Below are positions 63,722 through 64,000 of a DNA stretch of 64,000 nucleotides, one piece after another. Made by a program: the position numbers and the translations under genes. The notes beneath the pieces were generated by a model, which made no database searches, was not told the DNA's origin, and was given only the letters and a program-made list of their open reading frames with translations. This DNA comes from the human T2T-CHM13v2.0 reference genome, Homo sapiens: assembly GCF_009914755.1 (NCBI RefSeq), contig NC_060928.1. One strand, given 5' to 3'. The stretch's first letter is position 1; every line of letters begins with the position of its first letter.

Positions 63722-64000
63722 GGCCAGGTGTGGTGGCTCATGCCTGTAATCCTAGCACTTTGGGAGGCCCAGGCGGGGGTGGATCACCTGAGAGGTCAGG
63801 AGTTCAAGGCCAGCCTGGCCAACATGATGAAACCCCAGTCTCTACTAAAAATACAAAAATTAACTAGGCATGGTGGTGCATGCCTGTAATCTCAGCTACT
63901 CGGAGGCTGAGGCAGGAGAATCGCTTTAACCCGGGAAATGGAGGTTGCGGTGAGCCTAGATCACACCACTGCACTCCAGCCTGGGCAGCAAGAGTGAGAC
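63722..64000 (+). mobile_element. AluS, cut by the window end
   Basis: ggccaggtgtggtggctcatgcctgtaatcc...ccagcctgggcagcaagagtgagac. Confidence 0.95.

Overview
AT-rich, CpG-depleted primate (human or ape-like) genomic DNA. I find no convincing host protein-coding gene, so it is probably intergenic or deep intronic. It is dominated by interspersed repeats: a 4.5-kb 5'-truncated L1PA2/PA3-type LINE-1 on the minus strand with broken ORF1/ORF2 and a 16-bp TSD; 13 Alu/FLAM elements; solo LTRs (LTR12/ERV9, THE1, MER52A, two MER4-group ERV1, MLT1, MLT2); old L1M/L2/MIR fragments; DNA-transposon MITEs (MER2, MER5, MER45, MER58); and a degenerate U13 snoRNA retrocopy. Subfamily names come from recalled consensus sequences and need RepeatMasker/Dfam confirmation. 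The most striking non-repeat structure is a perfect 40-bp inverted repeat (104-nt hairpin, 5363-5466) that starts at the target-site duplication of a sense-oriented, CCAAT-rich LTR12 promoter. The window also holds several template-switch or templated-insertion scars, a perfect 65-bp tandem duplication, a 33-bp copy displaced by 1.5 kb, and a candidate 21-nt microexon.
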